In this document: piece after piece, positions 59,099 to 64,000 of the stretch
How the letters are laid out: the number at the start of each line of letters is the position of its first letter
How positions within the stretch are numbered: position 1 is the first letter of the stretch
NCBI GenBank assembly: GCA_965223905.1
Contig: CBDCXV010000011.1
Location: forward strand, 416,001 to 480,000
From: Candidatus Latescibacterota bacterium
GTDB lineage: Bacteria > Latescibacterota > UBA2968 > UBA8231
Direction: 5' to 3'
DNA: 64,000 nt
Translations under genes and position numbers: made by a program
Notes under the pieces: generated by a model
Seen by the model: the letters and a program-made list of their open reading frames with translations, nothing else
The model's database searches: none
What the model was told of the DNA's origin: nothing

Positions 59099-59379
59099 TT
59101 GCCGGCAGATCCCGGAGCACCCAGGTCAATGCCTTCGTGGTCTAGGGCCTTCATTTCGGAAAATCGAACACTCATTTGTCGTTGCCGTGAATATAACATT
59201 CTCGAGGCTCCGGAAGTCGGCTGGCGTATGACCGAAACCATCGCCCTGCACCTTACCCGCCCTGCACCTTACCGAATCGAAGCCCCGTCCCGGGAGCGAG
59301 GCCGGCTCGACGAAGATTCCCTTCGAGGGACACACGGAGATACGTCGAGATCGGCCGCGGGCCGATGGAAAGAGGGAAA

Positions 59380-61132
59380 TTACCGCTCGAGCTGCTGAAC
59401 GACGGGCAGGAAGTAGTCGCCGGCCACCCTCTCCCAGCTCATTTTCGAGGCGATCTCGTACCCCCTGCGCAGGTTGTCGGCGAGATGGTCCCCGGCGAGC
59501 CGCAGCAGTTCGGCGAGCTGCCTGGCGGCCTCGCGGCTGCGAGCCTCCTCCGCCCGGCGCCGGGCGTCCGCTCCGATCTCCAGGGCTCCGGCGAGGTCAG
59601 GTTCCCGGTCGAGCCGGGTGTAGTCGGCGCGGATGTAGCCGCTGCCGGCCCCCCCCTCTCCGGCGCTGGCCTGCAGGAATCCCAGGCAGCCGCAGACATC
59701 GCTGACGACGCTGAGGCTCCCGAAACCGATCGGCTCGATCTGGGCTATCCCGAACGGCTCGTAGATCGACTGCCCGAACTCGGCGTCGGTTCCCTGCCGC
59801 AGGTCGCTGAAATCGATGCCGGGCATCCCGCCCCCCCAGGAGTCGGGGTCGATGCCGAACTGGTTGACGAACACCACTTTGACGGCCCGCGAACGGGCGT
59901 TGAAGCGGCGCACCTGCTCGTCGAAATCCTCCTCTCCGCCGGCGAGGTCGGGGAAACCCTCGCGGTGAACGAGCGGCCAGCCGTACTCCGCGGCCATGCG
60001 CCTGACCGCCGCGGCCTCCCGGCGTCCGGCCGCGGTCGCCAGCACGACCAGCACGGCGCTGCGGCCACGCCCGACCAAGATCTCGTCGAGGGCCCGGCAG
60101 ACCAGCAGGTCCCGCCACAGCCCCTTGCTCTGCACCATCCTCGACACGTGGGTGAGGACGTAGTCGGCCCGGAAACCGAGAAGCCGCTCGGCGAACTCGG
60201 CGAGCCTGCCGCGCGGCCGACATCCTGTCTCCGGGGGAGATCTTCTCGGCCTCGACGTCGTTGTACACCAGCACCGGCGGGTCGGAGCGGAACTCGCTGC
60301 CGAGGAAGGCGAGCTCCCGCATCACGAGGTCCCCCACCGCCAGGACCTTGTCGCAGTGCCAGGCGAGGCGCACCAGGGCGTGCTTGAAGTAGTCGTCCTG
60401 GCTGCCGAAGACCTCCTCGAGCCCGGCCCCGTTTTCCGCGGCGGCGCGCAGGGCGTTGTAGAACATCACGTCCTGCCCGGGGGACCCCTCGACAATACGG
60501 CGCACCGTGGCGACCTCGTGGGCGTGGAACAGGGTCGCGAAGCGGGGGTCTCCGGATAGAATCGACCGGAAAGCGGTGGGAAGCCCCATGAATTCGTGCG
60601 CCACTACGACGCAGCGCGACGGGGCCGGAACCAGGCGGGCGACGGCGTCGAACGCCGGACCGGCAAGGCGCACGTACTGCTCGTATTCCGGATCGGCCTC
60701 GTAGCGGTCCGAGGTCAGCCCGAAGCGCCTGTAGAGCTCGTGCTTGAATCCGCCCAACCTCTTTGGTGGGGTGGTTACGTCGACCAGAACCACCTCGGTC
60801 GCAACTCCTTGGGCGAGCGGCCGCCGCCCGTACACCAGGCGCACCCCGTGCTCCCTCTCGACTTCCTCCAGGGCAGTGGCGGCCGCCGTGTCCCCGACGC
60901 CGGCGAGGCGGTCGTAGAGCAGAACTCCCCGCGGCCCGAGCGGCTGCCCTGCCGACGGATCGAACAGCGGTCCAACCAGGATGGAGCGCTCCACCGACTC
61001 GCGGTACGGCCGGCTCGCCAGCAGGCCCCGCAGGACAGCGCCTGTGCCGCCGATCTTCTCGACCGCTTCGTGGGTTACGTGGGCGATGGCCGTCAACGTT
61101 GCAGCGTCATTCGAGCGGGTCCCTGACTGCAT
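59380..61132 (-). pseudogene. Glycogen-synthase-like (GT3/GT-B) glycosyltransferase with one frameshift near 60205-60215
   Basis: N-part HVTHEAVEKIGG and AHEFMG...HAHE. C-part THVSRMV.SKG and SIYEPFG lies in a different frame. Confidence 0.68.
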
Positions 61133-61295
61133 GACGTTCCCCGGATCTCAAGCCGAGATTCCTCGCGTGGACGCGAGCGGGAGTCTTCGGGGCCATGTTC
61201 GCAAGGTGGGTAGAGAAAGGCCGAGCCGTATCGCCTTTCTTCATGGATGGCAAACGGCTTTCGGTGCGCGGCGGTCCAGAGACACGCCGGGCCGG

Positions 61296-62368
61296 TCAGG
61301 AGGACAGCCAGTGAATCAGACGCACCAGGGGCGGCATGAGGTTGCCGGCGAAACAGGCGGTCAGCACCACTGCCATCGCGATCACCGGCACGAACGGGAT
61401 CGTCTCTTCCACCTCCACGAGCTCTTCCGCGGACTGGTGCCCGCCGTCGACCAGGGAGCGCAGCCTGGAGACCTGTCTCCCGGTGAGCGGCTTTCCCCCG
61501 TCGCAGACGAGTCCCTCGCTTCCCTTTGGAGCGGCGACCTCCAACCTGTGTACCGGTATCGCGCCGGGGTGCAGGTAGCGTACCGGCAGGGTCTGCACGT
61601 AGGAATGGTTGTGCCAGCGCCGCACGAACAGGTAGGCCACTTCGAGGACCCAGGCGACGCCGAGGAGCTTGAGGTATGCGGCCCAGCCGCCGAACGCGAA
61701 GGAGAAGTAGGCCAGGGCCGCCAGCCCCGGGATCGCGATCAGCAGCCAGCGCCGGTTTTCAGCCAGTGGTCGACGAGGCGGTCCCCGATCAGCAGAATTC
61801 CGAAGGTTTCGAGGGGAGGCAACGGGTGGTCCAGCGCCAGGTGCCCGAGCCCCAGGGTCAGGCCCAGGATCCCGGCGAGCCGCACCGCGGCCTTGCCCGC
61901 CTCCCGCATCCCCGGCGGTTCGAGTTCCCCCGGCCAACCCCACAGGCGCCGGCACAGAGGGAGGAGAAGAAGCACAAACAGGTAACAGGCCAGCACGTTG
62001 AGAAGCAGGGCCCAGGGCGTGGCCTGCGGCGACAGCGCCTCCGTCCTCGCCGACAGGGAAGGCGGCAACGCCACCACCGCCGCGAAGAAGAACTTGGCGT
62101 CTCCCGAAGCCCAGAAATGAAACCAAAGCAGGGCACCGGCGATCACCACCGCGGTGCCGGCGTTGGCCAGGACCCGGCCCGCGGTCACCACCTCGAGCTG
62201 CACCATCAGGATCTGGCCCGCGACGCCGGCGAGCACCAGCCCGAGGACATACGGGTTCGGTACCCGCCGCGTCGAGAAGTCGACGTGACTCAGGTACAGC
62301 CCCGCGAACAGGAGAGCGGAGAGCATGGCCGCTTCAGTGAGAAAGACGGGATCGTCGTAGAGATTCAT
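61296..62368 (-). pseudogene. A24 (prepilin/preflagellin) peptidase with long C-terminal membrane extension, frameshift near 61760
   Basis: HVDFSTRRVPN and WASGDAK aspartate motifs. Continues in another frame to IPFVPVIAMA. Confidence 0.72.
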
Positions 62369-62872
62369 CTGCTCCCCTTTTCCAGCACCCTCAATCTCGC
62401 CAGCACCCGCTCGATACAGCCGGCGCCGCTTTCTCCCGCCTTGATGATCCCGCCCCCGTCGACGAGCAGGGCGCTGGGAACCCGGTCGACGCCGTAGGCG
62501 CGGCCCACGGACAAGAGGCTGTCGTACCCGGTAAAGGCCGCTATCTCGTGGTCGGCGAGCTTGCGCTTCAGCTCCGCTCTCGACCCGGCGCCGACTATGA
62601 AGACGGGCAGCTTTTCCGCCGCCTGTCTTACCGATGGATAGGTCGCATCGCATGCCCTGCACCCGGTGTCGGTGAAGAAGATCAGCGAGGAGACCGGCCT
62701 CTCGCCGGGACCCGGCGCACCCGGATGCGGCAAGGTGAGGGTCTCGCCGTTCAGTCCCGGCAGAGAGAGTCCGGGCGCCGGCATTTCGAGAAGAGCGGCG
62801 AACGGTTGCGGCTTCAGGGGCCGGCGGATGGGCTTTGGCGTATGGGTTCAGGTCGGGGAAGATGACAGAAAA
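62365..62872 (-). pseudogene. Redoxin/TlpA-like thioredoxin-fold protein, 5' end apparently cut by IS
   Basis: APGLSLPGLNGE, FFTDTGCRAC, YGVDRVPSALLVD. Intact frame is 62365..62784; upstream sequence is out of frame and abuts the IS end. Confidence 0.62.
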
Positions 62873-64000
62873 CCCTAACGTTGCATAAATCAGCTTGAAG
62901 GAGGTGGTTGTGGTCAGGCCGCATCCTTCAGTGTATCGAGAAAATGCAACAGATCCTTTTCGATTTTTGGATTCGAGTTCATGGTCAGGGTCAACTCTCC
63001 CTTGGGCTGAGTGAGACGCCCGGCGCGATGCAGGAAGCGCTGACGCAAGGTGCCCAGGGTCTGGAAGGTCCACGCCGCCGGACGTTTGCCACGCGAATAG
63101 TTGGATCGCGCCTGCGCCAGCATCTGCATTTCGCGCCCCAGGTTGTGGGCCATCATCGCACCCAAAGTAACCATCTGGTTTCCGAGCAGCCGTCGGGTGG
63201 GGATCAGATCCAGCCCGGCATGTTGCTTGGCCTCGGCGAAGATCCCTTCCTGAGCGCCGCGGCCATAGTGGAAGAGGAGCACGCTACGTGCCGAGGCTCG
63301 GCTTGTTGGTAACCACAACGCGGTACTCGTGATCGAATGCTCGGGGTTCGAACAGATCCAGTTGCAGCGCTTCCTTGGTCGTGCGCCGTACCCTACGGCG
63401 CACGAAGAGAAACCGGTACGAGGCCGGCCAGCTTTTGGGTTTCCAGTCACTCTCGAAATAGGAGCATTGCTCATCGAGATAGCACCAGCGCTGGCGCGCC
63501 TCGATTTTGTCCTTGAGTAGCGCAAAGCGTTCGAAAGGGACACTGATCGTGCATTCGACGCCATACAGGTCCATGAGGGTAAGCGTGTGTTGGCTGAAGA
63601 AGGCGCTGTCCAGTCGGGACTCGAGCACGGGGTGCGCCAGTTCGTCGCCCACGCGATCGAAAACGTTCATCATGAATTCATGAGCGTCCTTGCTGTCATG
63701 GACGTTGCCGGGCCGGTGAAGGACATCGAAGAATTGACCGGTTTGGGCCACCGTGCAAAACAGGTTGTAGTAGCTGCGCGCCCCTTTTTTCTTGGGATTG
63801 TAGCCGACCGCGGTACCTTCAGCATGACCACAAGTGGAGGACACCGAGCCGTCGAAGTCGAGGGTCAGGCGAGGACAGCGTTCGCGCTGGAGCGCTTGCA
63901 CCACCAAGGTCGAAGACAGGTGGCGCACTTTTTCGACACTGGAATGGCCCATTTTCGCCAGCGTGCGACTGACGGTGGCCACATCCGGCAGGCGACGTAC
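62873..64000 (-). mobile_element. IS1380-family insertion sequence, partial (runs off window)
   Basis: IS1380-type transposase, visibly lower GC, CC-initial candidate terminus CCCTAACGTTGCATAAATC about 40 nt past the transposase stop. Confidence 0.8.
62914..64000 (-). pseudogene. IS1380-family DDE transposase with frameshift near 63295
   Basis: LDFDGS...[28 protein letters not shown], then in another frame HYGRGAQEGIFAEAK...TLRQRFLHRAGRL. Confidence 0.85.

Overview
GC-rich bacterial chromosomal segment, mostly housekeeping genes. A secreted protein with a 'YPNPFN...SGVYF...KVLLLR' C-terminal sorting-type domain hints at an FCB-group lineage such as Latescibacterota/Gemmatimonadota (inference only). 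In order: trmB (cut by the edge); a sulfur/Fe-S cluster (Cys-rich MerR, iscA-like, iscS, rhodanese-MoeB); a decayed secreted matrixin locus; cysK; YyaL; an atypical ssb with a sigma54-type promoter; thiolase; a stand-alone tRNA-Ala(UGC); UbiA-family; rplM-rpsI-rpsB-tsf-frr (no pyrH); dedA, ispDF, queA; fused ECF ATPase plus pyrC; an RNase HII-YraN fusion; hrcA-grpE-dnaJ-mrp-prmA-rsmE-aroQ (no dnaK); rpiA; ilvD; thrC-like. The most striking region is a lipid locus at about 40.8-54.1 kb. A 1448-aa reductase/adenylation/carrier/acyltransferase protein with the domain order of the myxobacterial ether-lipid enzyme ElbD, but with degenerate adenylation motifs, is translationally coupled to a variant lgt and an Old-Yellow-Enzyme flavoprotein. 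Facing it divergently are a DAG-kinase-family gene and an MCE transporter that includes a predicted outer-membrane barrel. The right end has a second cysteine desulfurase, a frameshifted GT3-like glycosyltransferase, a frameshifted A24 peptidase, and a redoxin apparently truncated by an IS1380-family element. No rRNA or CRISPR array was seen. All calls come from motif recognition by eye, without database searches.
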